Shown here piece after piece: positions 17,408-29,748 of a stretch of DNA of 64,000 nt (within the stretch, counting starts at the first letter, position 1; each line of letters starts with the position of its first letter). Source of the DNA: Alphaproteobacteria bacterium (GTDB lineage: Bacteria; Pseudomonadota; Alphaproteobacteria; MPNO01); contig CBDFLJ010000001.1 of the NCBI GenBank assembly GCA_965248835.1, forward strand, positions 352,001 to 416,000. Direction: 5' to 3'. The notes under the pieces were generated by a model, which made no database searches, was not told the DNA's origin, and was given only the letters and a program-made list of their open reading frames with translations. The translations under genes and the position numbers were made by a program.

Positions 17408-19276
17408 ATGCTGCGCGCGTTCAGATCCCCGGGTTCGCCGGCCGCGACGGCCGCTGCGGCGGGTGATGGCCGGTTCCGCCTGTCGATCTCCACCGCCCTG
17501 ATCGCCGGGATCTGCGGGCTGGTCTTCCTCGGGACGGTTTCCGTGCTGGGAATCGGGCTGTGGGGGGCGGCGCGCAACACCTTGGGCCTGGTTGCCGACA
17601 AGGCCGAACTTGCAATCGGCGGACTTGCCCGCAGCCTGCGTCAGTATCTGGACCCGGTGCGTGAAGGCAACGCGTTCCTGACCGCGTTGATCCGGCGCGG
17701 CGAGATCGACGTCACCGACACCGTCCAGCTCGTCGACTACATGATCGGCTCTATGGCCGCGACACCGCAGATTCTGGTGATGGCCTTCATCTCGCCCTCG
17801 GCCGAAATCATCCGGGTCCGCCGGTCGGACGAGGCGCTCGGGATCGATGTCCGGAACGGTGCCGACAATCCGCGGTTCATTGCCGCGGTCGCCGAGGCGC
17901 GCACGCGCGATCGAGCCTACTGGGGATCACTTGTCTGGAGCGAGGAGGGCGCGACGACGCTGGTCAATCTGCGCTCGCCGATCAAGCGTAACGGCCGCTT
18001 CATCGGCATGCTGGTCTCCACCGTGAGCGTGCGAAGCCTGTCCCGCTTCCTGCGCGAGGAGCGGGCCGGCCCGTTACCCGACGGGTTCATCCTCTATGGA
18101 CCCAACCATGTGCTGGCCCACCGGTCCCTGGCCGAGGGCGCGTGGCCGCGGTCGCCCGATATCCCGCTCCCCGGGATCGAGCAGATCGACGATCCGGTGC
18201 TCGCCAACCTGTGGAACGATGCGGCGCGGCGTGACTTGGCGCTGCTGCGGTTAAACGAACGGACCAAGGGACATCTGGTGGAGGTCGGCGGCGAGAACTA
18301 TCCGGTTCTCTACCGCGAGATCGACGGTTATGCCGACCGGCCGCTGCTGGTGGGGGCCTATGTCAGGCCCGGCTCGGCCGATGGTGATGAGTTCCTGCGG
18401 CTGCAGATCACCGGCCTCGTCGGGCTCGGGATCCTCGTCCTCGGGGTCGTCGCCGCGCTGATCCTCGGACGCGGCCTCGCCCGACCGATCGCCGGGCTGG
18501 CCGATGCGACCCGACGGGTGGGCGCGCTCGAGCTGTCCGACGTGCCCACGGTGCCGACCAGCCGGCTGCGCGAGCTCGACGATGCCGCGCACAGCTTCAA
18601 CGGCATGATCGGCGCGCTCAGGCGGTTCGAGACCTATGTGCCGCGCAAGCTGGTCGCCCGCCTGATTGCGCTGGGCCCGGATGCGGACATAGCCTCGGAG
18701 GAGCGCGAGGTGACCGTGATGTTCACCGACATCGTCCGCTTCACGGCGCTCGCCGAGGCCCTCGGCCCGGCGGAGACGGCGAATCTCCTGAACGCCCATT
18801 TCAGCCTGCTGGCCGCGTGCATCGACGACGCCGAGGGCACGCTGGACAAGTATATCGGCGATTCGGTGATGGCATTCTGGGGACCGCCCTTCGGCGGCAC
18901 CGACCATGCCGGCCAGGCCTGCCGCGCCGCCCTTGCGATTCGCGGCGCGTTGGCCGCCGACAACGCCCGGCGCCGGGCTGCCGGCCTCGCCCCGGTCCAC
19001 GTCCGGATCGGGCTCCATACCGGGCCCGCGATCGTCGGCAATATCGGCGCACCGGGCCGGATCAACTACACCCTGGTGGGCGAGACGGTGAACACCGCCC
19101 AGCGGCTGGAGCAGCTCGGCAAGACCATATCCCTGCCGGTGGACGCGGAGGAGGCGACAACGGTGCTGTTGAGCGAGGCCGTGGAAGCCCGCGTCCAGGG
19201 CAGGTTTCAGCTTCGCCGGTTGGGGCCCCAGGAGATCCGCGGCCGCGCCGAGGTCCTGAACGTCTACGCGCTGTGA
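17408..19276 (+). CDS. Membrane-bound class III adenylate cyclase (TM-periplasmic sensor-TM-HAMP-cyclase)
   Basis: Two TM segments and a HAMP (RPIAGL...ELDD....FN.M); catalytic motifs FTDIVRFT, DKYIGDSVMAFWG, RIGLHTG, YT.VGETVN.AQRLE. Lys/Thr specificity residues indicate ATP. Confidence 0.9.
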   Translation: MLRAFRSPGSPAATAAAAGDGRFRLSISTALIAGICGLVFLGTVSVLGIGLWGAARNTLGLVADKAELAIGGLARSLRQYLDPVREGNAFLTALIRRGEIDVTDTVQLVDYMIGSMAATPQILVMAFISPSAEIIRVRRSDEALGIDVRNGADNPRFIAAVAEARTRDRAYWGSLVWSEEGATTLVNLRSPIKRNGRFIGMLVSTVSVRSLSRFLREERAGPLPDGFILYGPNHVLAHRSLAEGAWPRSPDIPLPGIEQIDDPVLANLWNDAARRDLALLRLNERTKGHLVEVGGENYPVLYREIDGYADRPLLVGAYVRPGSADGDEFLRLQITGLVGLGILVLGVVAALILGRGLARPIAGLADATRRVGALELSDVPTVPTSRLRELDDAAHSFNGMIGALRRFETYVPRKLVARLIALGPDADIASEEREVTVMFTDIVRFTALAEALGPAETANLLNAHFSLLAACIDDAEGTLDKYIGDSVMAFWGPPFGGTDHAGQACRAALAIRGALAADNARRRAAGLAPVHVRIGLHTGPAIVGNIGAPGRINYTLVGETVNTAQRLEQLGKTISLPVDAEEATTVLLSEAVEARVQGRFQLRRLGPQEIRGRAEVLNVYAL

Positions 19277-19300
19277 TGCGAGGCCGCAGCGCGGCGCCCG

Positions 19301-19801
19301 TCAAGCCGCCTTGGAGAGCACGGCATCCAGCCTCTGGGTGGCGGCATTGCGGTCGATCTTCTCGACCAGCGCGAGCTCGTCGGCCAGGCGCTCCAGGGCG
19401 GCCTCGTACATCTGACGCTCGCTGTAGGACTGGTCGGGTTGGCCGGCGGCGCGGTGCAGATCGCGCACCACCTCGGCGATCGAGACCGGATCACCGCTGT
19501 GAATCTTCGCTTCGTATTCCTGCGCACGGCGCGACCACATGGTCCGCTTGCCGCGCGCACGGCCGCGCAGGGTGGTCATCGCGGTATTCATCTTGTCGCG
19601 CGAGCTGATCCGCCGCAGCCCGGAGTTCTTGACCTTGTTCACCGGGACCCGCAGCGTCATTTTTTCGGACTCGAACAAAATCACGAACAGCTTCAGGTCG
19701 AAACCGGCAACCTCTCGGTTCTCGACTCCCAGGACCTTGCCGACACCATGTGTCGGATAGACAACATAGTCCCCCTTCGAGAAGGGCAGTTTGCTTGCCA
19801 T
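19301..19801 (-). CDS. carD: CarD family RNA polymerase-binding transcription factor
   Basis: GDYVVYPTHGVG, LRVP, MWSRRAQEYEAKI.SGD, AEVVRDL, QSYSERQ.YE.A. Confidence 0.96.
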   Translation of the reverse strand: MASKLPFSKGDYVVYPTHGVGKVLGVENREVAGFDLKLFVILFESEKMTLRVPVNKVKNSGLRRISSRDKMNTAMTTLRGRARGKRTMWSRRAQEYEAKIHSGDPVSIAEVVRDLHRAAGQPDQSYSERQMYEAALERLADELALVEKIDRNAATQRLDAVLSKAA

Positions 19802-19938
19802 TGTGCCGTCTCTACCTCACGATCCCGGCCTCGACCACGCGCGCCTCCCGCCCGGCAATGTCGAGAACCGCGGGCGCAGGCAGGTCGAGGCGCAGCTAGC
19901 GCCGACCCGCCCGAACGCATCTTTCTTGACGTCGATGA

Positions 19939-19967
19939 AGTATATCAGAAAACCGCTTGAAATGTAA
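19939..19967 (-). promoter_or_regulatory. Putative sigma70 promoter of carD
   Basis: Minus strand TTACAT-N17-TATACT, about 140 nt upstream of carD. Confidence 0.5.
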
Positions 19968-20021
19968 GCAGTCCCTTGGCCCGGCGGGCAGCGGCCGGGG
20001 CGCTGGAAAGGCCTCGCCCGG

Positions 20022-20360
20022 TCAGGTCCCTTTGCCGGGGCTTTCGGAAAAGTGCTGGTTGAACTTGTCCGTGGCCTCGCGCCAGTCGTCGCCGTCTGCG
20101 GGCGGCTCGCCCTTGCGGGTGATGTTCGGCCACAGCTCGGAGTATTTGCGGTTCATCTCGACCCATTCCTCGGCACCGTCGTCGGTGTCCGGATGGATCG
20201 CCTCGATCGGGCATTCGGGCTCGCACACGCCGCAATCGATGCACTCGTCGGGATGGATGACCAGCATGTTCTCGCCCTCGTAGAAACAGTCCACTGGGCA
20301 GACCTCCACACAGTCCATGAACTTGCACTTGATGCAGATCTCGTTAACGATGTAGGTCAT
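20022..20360 (-). CDS. fdxA: 7Fe ferredoxin FdxA
   Basis: [47 protein letters not shown]. Confidence 0.96.
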   Translation of the reverse strand: MTYIVNEICIKCKFMDCVEVCPVDCFYEGENMLVIHPDECIDCGVCEPECPIEAIHPDTDDGAEEWVEMNRKYSELWPNITRKGEPPADGDDWREATDKFNQHFSESPGKGT

Positions 20361-20512
20361 CTTCACTCCACTCCCGATCCAATTGCCCCGTGACCGCGCC
20401 CCGGATGCGCCGGCCAGCAGGACTCTTCTTGTCAAACGGTGGCGAACTTAGACTCATTGCCGTATGGAACCAACCACTTTTAGCGCCTTGGCCGGCTCTG
20501 GTCGAGCGGTGG

Positions 20513-20980
20513 TCAACCGCGGTCCAGCCGCGCCTCGGCACGCTGTCGCGCAAGACCCCGATCGCGATCGGTGACATAGATCAGTCCGCCGATCCGGCGC
20601 ATGAGCTGGCCCTCATGGGCATCGAGATGGCCGTCGGCGAGCACCACCTCCCAAAGCATCTCCACCAGCTCGACCCGCTCTTCATAGGAGAAATTGTCCT
20701 TCACCGCGCGCGTGAAGCCGAGGATCTGAACCGCGTTCTCGACTTTGGACTCGGCGGCGGCCATCAGCGTCCGCGCGTCGTCCTCGCCGAGGGACAACCG
20801 GGTGCCGAGCAGCGCGAGGATCCGCCGGCGCTCGACCTCGTCATAGGAGTCATCGACACAGGCAGCATGGACCAGCAGCGAAGCGGCCGCCAGATTGAAC
20901 TCCTCGCGGCTGTGGCCGGAAGCGCCGGGCGCGGCGCGACCTTCGCGGGCAACGAAGAACGCCTTGATCCGATCCAGCAT
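20513..20980 (-). CDS. TerB family protein
   Basis: LAAA.LLV..A..D..Y...E, ER..LVEMLWEVVLADG.LD..E..LMRRI.GL..V.DRD. Confidence 0.85.
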   Translation of the reverse strand: MLDRIKAFFVAREGRAAPGASGHSREEFNLAAASLLVHAACVDDSYDEVERRRILALLGTRLSLGEDDARTLMAAAESKVENAVQILGFTRAVKDNFSYEERVELVEMLWEVVLADGHLDAHEGQLMRRIGGLIYVTDRDRGLARQRAEARLDRG

Positions 20981-20981
20981 T

Positions 20982-21311
20982 CTAGCCTGCCGACGGGGTT
21001 GAAGACGGGCGCGATGCGGCAAGCGGGACCGCCCTGCCCGCCCCGGTATCGGCGATTTCCTCGTACAGGGATTGCGCCTCCCGCGCCGATCCCCGGCGGT
21101 CGCCCAGCGCCATGACCCGCACGACGCGGATGGTCCGCGCTTGGGGAAAGGTCAGGACGCTGCCGGGGCGGACCGGTTGGTTGGCCTTGGTGATGACGGT
21201 CCCGTCGATGCGTATCTTTCCGTCCTGACAAAGCCGGCTCGCCAGGGTGCGGCTCTTGAAGAGCCGGGCGTGCCAGAGCCATTTGTCGACCCGCATCGTC
21301 GTTTCCGTCAT
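20982..21311 (-). CDS. hslR: S4-domain RNA-binding protein (Hsp15)
   Basis: RVDKWLWHARLFKSR.LA, RRG.A.EA..LYE. Confidence 0.88.
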   Translation of the reverse strand: MTETTMRVDKWLWHARLFKSRTLASRLCQDGKIRIDGTVITKANQPVRPGSVLTFPQARTIRVVRVMALGDRRGSAREAQSLYEEIADTGAGRAVPLAASRPSSTPSAG

Positions 21312-23830
21312 TCGGACCTCTTGAGCTCTCGGAGAATGGCGAAGGGTGAGCCGGGATCAGCCAGCCCGGCGGCCGGACCGCCGCGACCGGCGTCTTCGGC
21401 CTGCCGGCCCGAGCGCTTCGGCCGCCGGCGGGAAGGTCGGACGCGGATGTAGCGGGTCTCCTCGCCGATATCGGCTTGGCGGTAGCCCAGGGCGTTCAAT
21501 ACCGCCGGAGCCTGCTCGGCGGTCAGGCCGGTGGGCGAGATCATCGCCGCGGTGGGCGCGAACGGCCCGGCGCGCGCAGCCTTCGACAGGGCGATTGCCA
21601 GACGGTCGAGGATGTCGATCCGGATCGCCTGACCGGCCAGGACCCGGTAACCGCAAGCGGCATAGAACGCGCTGTCGACGGTGGTATCGGCCCGCACCGA
21701 GCACAGGCCCGGCGCCGGCGCCGCGCGCGGCGGCTGTCCGTTGTGGACCGACCACAGCAGCGCGCGCAGCCGCGCCGCGCGCGGTTTGACCAGGGCGGGG
21801 AGGTAGATCGCCTCGAGCCCGAACCGCACGCCCAGGCGCTGCATCGCGCGGCGGTCCCGCGGGCCGATATCGGGGAGCAGCGCGCCGACCGCGCGCCGCC
21901 GCACCGATCCGAGCGCCTCGACGAGCTGGAAGGCGAGTCCGCGCGTCGCACCGGCGAAGCCCGCCTCCCTCAGCCTGTAGAGCGGCGCGAGGCCGGCGGC
22001 GAGATGGCCGTCCAGCCAGGCCACCAGCCGCTCACGCACGCGCCCGAGCCGGTCGCGCCCGAGCGTATCCCCGGCGTTGACCTCGATCCCCGGCTCGAGC
22101 GGCGCCGCTCCGGCCGACAACCGGGCGACCTCCATTCCCTGCCAAAGGATGACGGCATCGTCGGACAGGCTGAACATGTCGTCCGCGGCCTCGGTGAGCC
22201 GTGCGGCGCGCGCGTTGATCTCGTGCTGCAGGATGCGGCTGGTCGCCGCGGTCAGAGCGCGCCGACCGTAATCGCCCTCGGCCACGTCAGGCACGAAACG
22301 GAATCCGTCGATCCGACCGACGAACTCGTCTTCGACATGGACCTCGCCCGACGGATCGACCGTGGCGAAGAGATCGGATCCGCCGCCAGCCCGTCTGAGG
22401 ATCGCCGCGCGCCGATCGACGAAGCGCCGGGTCAGGCTGTGGTGCAGCGCGTCGGACAGCCGGTCCTCGATCGCGCGCGCCCGTTCCTGCCAGGCGGCCG
22501 AATCGTCGATCCAATCGCCGCGATGGGAGATGTAGCTCCAGGTCCGGACATGGGCGATGCGCGCCATCAAGGTGTCGATGTCCCCGTCCGTCCGGTCCAG
22601 ATTGGCCATCTGGCGCGCGGTCCAGTCGGTCGGCAGCCGCCGGTCCGGCCCGGCGAGATGACCGAAGACCGTCGCAAGCAGACGGGTATGGGCCTCGACC
22701 ATGGTCTTGCGGTAGTCGGGGATCTGGCAGACCTCCCACAACAGCCGCAGCATCTCCGGGTTCTGCGCCCTGTCCGTCACTGCCTCATCACGCAGCAGCG
22801 CCGCCAGCGCGCGCTGGTCGTCGCCTTCCCGCGCGCGCGCCAGCTCGGGGCGCGGCGGCCTGGCCTCGAGGCTCGCCAGGAGCGCCGGCGGCGAGCGGAA
22901 GTCGAGGCCGCCGTTGCGCCATTGAATGGCCGTCAGCGGCTTGAAGCTGTGCGATTCGATCGCCTCGACGACCTCAGGCTCCAGCGCGCCCAGCGTGGCG
23001 ACGGTGCCGAAGGTGCCATCGGACATGTAGCGTCCGGCGCGGCCGGCGATCTGGGCGAGCTCGGCTGCGCTCAGGCTGCGATGAACCCGGCCGTCGAACT
23101 TCTGCCGCTCGTAGAACGCGACGTGGTCGAGCCGCATGTTCAGGCCCATGCCGATCGCATCCGTCGCCACCAGGTAGTCGACCTCGCCGTCCTGAAACAT
23201 CGCGACCTGGGCGCTGCGCGTCCGCGGGCTGAGCGCCCCCAGGACGATCGCCGCGCCGCCGCGCTGGCGCCGCAGCAGCTCGGCGATCTCATAGACCCGC
23301 CCGGCCGAGAACGCGACAACGGCGCTGCGCCTGGGCAGCCGGGTGAGCTTCCTGGGCCCCGCATAGCTCAGCCGCGACAGCCGCGGCCGGCCGACGAACG
23401 CGGCTTCGGGCACCAGCTTGCGGATCAGCGGGCGGATGGTGTCCGCACCGAGGAACATTGTCTCGACGATGCCGCGTGCGCCCAGCAGGCGCTCGGTGAA
23501 CACATGGCCGCGCTCGGCATCGGCGCACATCTGGATCTCGTCGACGGCAACGAAGTCGAACGGCCGCTCCAGCGGCATCGATTCGGCGGTGCACAGGAAA
23601 TAACGCGCCCGGGCGGGGACGATCTTCTCCTCTCCGGTGACCAGGGCGACCTGCCTGGCGCCCTTGAGCCGGACCACGCGGTCGTAGTTCTCGCGCGCCA
23701 GCAAGCGCAGCGGAAATCCGATTACCCCGCTGGAATGGGTCAACAAACGCTCGATGGCGAAATGGGTCTTGCCGGTATTCGTCGGCCCCAGGACGGCCGT
23801 GATTCGCTTACGCGGCCCGTTTGCGGACAT
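21308..23830 (-). CDS. Suv3/MgpS-like SF2 helicase
   Basis: GPTNTGKT, PLRLLARE, DEIQ, ATDAIGMGLN, QIAGRAGR motifs; ATG 23830 chosen as start. Confidence 0.92.
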   Translation of the reverse strand: MSANGPRKRITAVLGPTNTGKTHFAIERLLTHSSGVIGFPLRLLARENYDRVVRLKGARQVALVTGEEKIVPARARYFLCTAESMPLERPFDFVAVDEIQMCADAERGHVFTERLLGARGIVETMFLGADTIRPLIRKLVPEAAFVGRPRLSRLSYAGPRKLTRLPRRSAVVAFSAGRVYEIAELLRRQRGGAAIVLGALSPRTRSAQVAMFQDGEVDYLVATDAIGMGLNMRLDHVAFYERQKFDGRVHRSLSAAELAQIAGRAGRYMSDGTFGTVATLGALEPEVVEAIESHSFKPLTAIQWRNGGLDFRSPPALLASLEARPPRPELARAREGDDQRALAALLRDEAVTDRAQNPEMLRLLWEVCQIPDYRKTMVEAHTRLLATVFGHLAGPDRRLPTDWTARQMANLDRTDGDIDTLMARIAHVRTWSYISHRGDWIDDSAAWQERARAIEDRLSDALHHSLTRRFVDRRAAILRRAGGGSDLFATVDPSGEVHVEDEFVGRIDGFRFVPDVAEGDYGRRALTAATSRILQHEINARAARLTEAADDMFSLSDDAVILWQGMEVARLSAGAAPLEPGIEVNAGDTLGRDRLGRVRERLVAWLDGHLAAGLAPLYRLREAGFAGATRGLAFQLVEALGSVRRRAVGALLPDIGPRDRRAMQRLGVRFGLEAIYLPALVKPRAARLRALLWSVHNGQPPRAAPAPGLCSVRADTTVDSAFYAACGYRVLAGQAIRIDILDRLAIALSKAARAGPFAPTAAMISPTGLTAEQAPAVLNALGYRQADIGEETRYIRVRPSRRRPKRSGRQAEDAGRGGPAAGLADPGSPFAILRELKRSE

Positions 23831-23878
23831 GGTCTTAGGATCGTTGTTCCAGGCGCCGATTGCAAGCTTCCACGGGGG

Positions 23879-23907
23879 CTTGCACCGGCACCCGCAGCCG
23901 CACATAT
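23879..23907 (+). promoter_or_regulatory. Putative RpoH (sigma32) promoter of htpG
   Basis: CTTGCA-N16-CACATAT resembles the alphaproteobacterial RpoH consensus (CTTGAA...CCYATAT) and lies upstream of a heat-shock gene. Confidence 0.55.
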
Positions 23908-23970
23908 CTTTGGGCGAGCCGGGTGCCGGGAGGGACCGCCCGGCGTGTTCAAGGACCGGAGTTGCACCGT

Positions 23971-25839
23971 ATGGCCGAGGAGACGCTGAACTTCCAGACG
24001 GAAGTCTCCAGACTGCTTCATATCGTCGTAAACTCGCTATACAGCGAGAAGCGGATCTTCCTGCGCGAGCTGATCTCCAACGCCTCGGATGCCTGCGACA
24101 GGCTGCGCTACGAGGCGATCACCAAGCCGGAACTGACCGCAGACGACCCGGATTTCGTCATTCGCATCGCGCTGGACGAGGCGGCGCGGACCATGGAGAT
24201 CGCCGATAACGGCATCGGCATGGACCGGGAGGCGCTGATCTCGGACCTGGGCACGATCGCGCGCTCGGGCACCAGCGACTACCTGGCCGAGAACGCCGGC
24301 GATGCAGACGGCGCGCTCGCGTTGATCGGCCAGTTCGGCGTCGGTTTCTATTCGTCCTTCATGGTCGCCGACAAGGTCGAGGTCACCAGCCGGCGCGCGG
24401 GCGAAGACCAGGCCTGGCGCTGGACGTCGCAGGGCACCGGCTCCTTCACGATCGGCGATGCGGAACGGCCGGGCCGCGGCACGACCGTGCTGCTGCACCT
24501 GCGCGGGGGGGAGGATGAGTTCCTCGATCCGGAGACGCTCCGCGGCATCATCAAGACCTATTCAGACCATATCGCACTGCCGATCATGCTTTCGCACGGT
24601 GGTGACGAACAGACGGTCAACTTGGGCTCGGCGCTCTGGACCCGGCCGCGCGCGGAGATCACCGAGGAGCAGTACAAGGAGTTCTACCACCACGTTGCCC
24701 ACGCCTTCGATGAGCCATGGATGACGCTGCATTGGCGTGCCGAGGGCATACAGGAATACACCAACCTGCTGTTCATCCCCGCGCAGCGCCCGTTCGATCT
24801 GTTCAACCCCGACCGCAAGCACGGCGTGAAGCTCTACGTCAAACGGGTGTTCGTCACCGACCAGTGCGCCGAGTTGGTTCCGCAATGGCTGCGCTTTCTG
24901 CGCGGGCTGGTCGACAGCGAGGACCTGCCGCTGAACATCAGCCGCGAGATGCTGCAGGCCAACCCGGTGCTCAACCGGATGCGCCAGGCGATCGTCAAGC
25001 GCGTGCTCGGCGATCTCGGCAAGAAGGCCGACGACGACCCGGCCGCCTATGCCGCCTTCTGGGACACGTTCGGCGCGGTGCTCAAGGAGGGGCTGTACGA
25101 GGACGCAAGCCAGCACGAAGCGCTGTTGCCGCTGGTCCGGTTCCACTCGACCGCGGGCGAAGAGCTGGTCGGCCTGTCGCACTATGTCGGGCGGATGAAG
25201 GACGGCCAGGAGGCGATCTACTACATCACCGGAGAGGAGCTCGAATCGGTCCGCCGCAGCCCGCAGCTCGAGGGCTTTCGCGCCCGCGGGATCGAGGTGC
25301 TCCTGATGACCGATCCGGTCGACGAGTTCTGGGTCCCCGCGGTCGGGACGTTCGAGGACAAGCCGTTCAAGTCGGTGACACGGGCAGGCTCGGACCTGTC
25401 AGGCATCGCAACGGAGGAAAAGCCCGAGACCGGCGAGGCGGTCGATCAGGGGCGCATCGGCTCGGTGATCGCCATGTTCAAGCTGGCGCTGCACGAGGAG
25501 GTCAAGGATGTCCGGGTCTCGGATCGGCTGACCGACAGCGCGGCCTGTCTGGTGGCCGACGAGGGAGACCTCGACATCCATCTCGAGCGGCTCCTGAAGC
25601 AGCACAAGCAGCTTGACACCGCCTTCAAGCGGATCCTGGAGATCAACCCGGGCCATGCGCTGATCAAGAGTCTCGCCGAGGCGATCGGCCGGGACGGGTC
25701 GGCGGCTCACCTGTCCGATGCCGCCTGGCTGGTGCTGGATCAGGCGCGCATCATGGAAGGCGAGCCGCTGCCCGACCCGGCCGCGTTCTCCCGCCGGATG
25801 TGCGAAGCGCTGGCCCGCGGATTCGCGGTCGAAGCCTGA
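23971..25839 (+). CDS. htpG: Molecular chaperone HtpG (Hsp90)
   Basis: LYS..IFLRELISNASDA, DNGIGM, GTIA.SG, IGQFGVGFYS, DSEDLPLNISRE.LQ, LEINP.H. Confidence 0.97.
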   Translation: MAEETLNFQTEVSRLLHIVVNSLYSEKRIFLRELISNASDACDRLRYEAITKPELTADDPDFVIRIALDEAARTMEIADNGIGMDREALISDLGTIARSGTSDYLAENAGDADGALALIGQFGVGFYSSFMVADKVEVTSRRAGEDQAWRWTSQGTGSFTIGDAERPGRGTTVLLHLRGGEDEFLDPETLRGIIKTYSDHIALPIMLSHGGDEQTVNLGSALWTRPRAEITEEQYKEFYHHVAHAFDEPWMTLHWRAEGIQEYTNLLFIPAQRPFDLFNPDRKHGVKLYVKRVFVTDQCAELVPQWLRFLRGLVDSEDLPLNISREMLQANPVLNRMRQAIVKRVLGDLGKKADDDPAAYAAFWDTFGAVLKEGLYEDASQHEALLPLVRFHSTAGEELVGLSHYVGRMKDGQEAIYYITGEELESVRRSPQLEGFRARGIEVLLMTDPVDEFWVPAVGTFEDKPFKSVTRAGSDLSGIATEEKPETGEAVDQGRIGSVIAMFKLALHEEVKDVRVSDRLTDSAACLVADEGDLDIHLERLLKQHKQLDTAFKRILEINPGHALIKSLAEAIGRDGSAAHLSDAAWLVLDQARIMEGEPLPDPAAFSRRMCEALARGFAVEA

Positions 25840-25877
25840 GGCCTGTTCCGGACAGGCCGATCCGGTCGGGACATGGT

Positions 25878-26621
25878 CTAACGCCCGTCCGCCGGCAGGC
25901 TCATGGTGCCGGCACCGAGGATGGCGCCGTTGCCCGCAGCCTGCACCAGCACCGCACAGGCGTCGCGGCCGGTCGAGCCAAGGGCTTCGAGCGACAAGGT
26001 CACGTCGACCGGCCCGCCCTGCCAGGTGCCGACCGGGCTCAGCATGCGCACCACGTTGCGGTCGCGCAGCACCATGCCGCGGTTCTCTCCCGCCCTGACC
26101 TCGGTCAGGTGGGCGGTGTCGTAGAACGCGATCCAGATCGTTGCCGGTGCGCTGTCGTAGGACGGCCGGGCCGGCACCTCGATCCGGATCATCCCATCGC
26201 CCGGATGGGACAGGTGCACGTCCAGCTTGGGGCTGCGCCGGGCCTCTTTCAGCAGCCGTTCGACCTGGCCGCGCTTCGAGCCCACGGTCTCCGCCGTCCC
26301 GTCGATCACCATCTGCGGGGTGTAGACGTAGCGCAGGCCGAGTGCCGCGCCATAGGCCTTCTGGCGTTGCGACCAGGCAGGCGAGGAGAACGGATCACGC
26401 CAGCCGATATAGTTCCAGTAATCGACGTGGAAGGCGAGCGCGATGACCCCGGTCCGCCCCGCAAGCTCGCTGAAATACCGATCGGCAGGCGGGCAGGAGG
26501 AGCAGCCTTGCGAGGTGAACAGCTCGACCACGACCTGATCGGAGGCCGCCTCGGCCGGGGGCGCGGCGGCGATTGCCCAGATCAGGGCCGCGAACGCGGT
26601 GACTCGAAGGCTCTGGAACAT
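25878..26621 (-). CDS. DUF1223 secreted thioredoxin-like protein
   Basis: Signal peptide; VVELFTSQGCSSCPPAD, HVDYWNYIGW.DPF, YTPQMVIDG. Confidence 0.9.
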   Translation of the reverse strand: MFQSLRVTAFAALIWAIAAAPPAEAASDQVVVELFTSQGCSSCPPADRYFSELAGRTGVIALAFHVDYWNYIGWRDPFSSPAWSQRQKAYGAALGLRYVYTPQMVIDGTAETVGSKRGQVERLLKEARRSPKLDVHLSHPGDGMIRIEVPARPSYDSAPATIWIAFYDTAHLTEVRAGENRGMVLRDRNVVRMLSPVGTWQGGPVDVTLSLEALGSTGRDACAVLVQAAGNGAILGAGTMSLPADGR

Positions 26622-26710
26622 GCGCGGCAAGCTACGGAACGCCCTTCCCGGCGCAAAATCAATTGTCGGTGGTGCGGCCGCGAGAGCGCTGCGATCACCG
26701 GCCATCGCGC

Positions 26711-29392
<2,682 letters not shown>

Positions 29393-29604
29393 GGCCGTCT
29401 CCTGCCTGAAAGTGCCCCAAGATCCGGGAGTGCGCCGCCCGGGAACCCGTTTGGCGGGCCGTCCTGAGGTATCTCCCAAACGCCCCGCCGTCAATGCCGC
29501 CACGCGCGGCGACTGCGTCCGAATGCAGCCCGCATTATCACAAAATTGCCTTAATCCCGGCCTTTGCCGGCCACAATCAGCGGCCATCTTGATGGTCCTA
29601 GCGC

Positions 29605-29691
29605 GCCCCGGACGCATACCCTGAGCGTCCCTCCGGCCATCTGGCTGGAACCTCCCTGGACCGCCGGTGTCCCCGGCGGTCCTTCTTTCTT
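29605..29691 (+). ncRNA. Candidate small RNA with CCUCCCU motif and intrinsic terminator (suhB/MmgR-like architecture)
   Basis: Hairpins GGACGC/GCGTCC and CCGGCC/GGCTGG, an unpaired CCTCCCT, then a 10-bp stem with a pyrimidine tail. Confidence 0.45.
29658..29691 (+). terminator. Rho-independent terminator-like hairpin
   Basis: GGACCGCCGG-tgtcc-CCGGCGGTCC followed by TTCTTTCTT. Confidence 0.65.
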
Positions 29692-29748
29692 CCGCTGGGG
29701 GCGGAGCCAATTCCCCTCGAATCCGCGATCGGCTAGGCTCGCCGGCCA

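Noticed and set aside
14496-23830. Anti-phage defence island (nuclease, SLOG, cyclase, TerB, helicase)
   Set aside because: The nuclease appears exported, the helicase belongs to a housekeeping cluster, the orientations are mixed, and there is no compositional anomaly or mobility gene.
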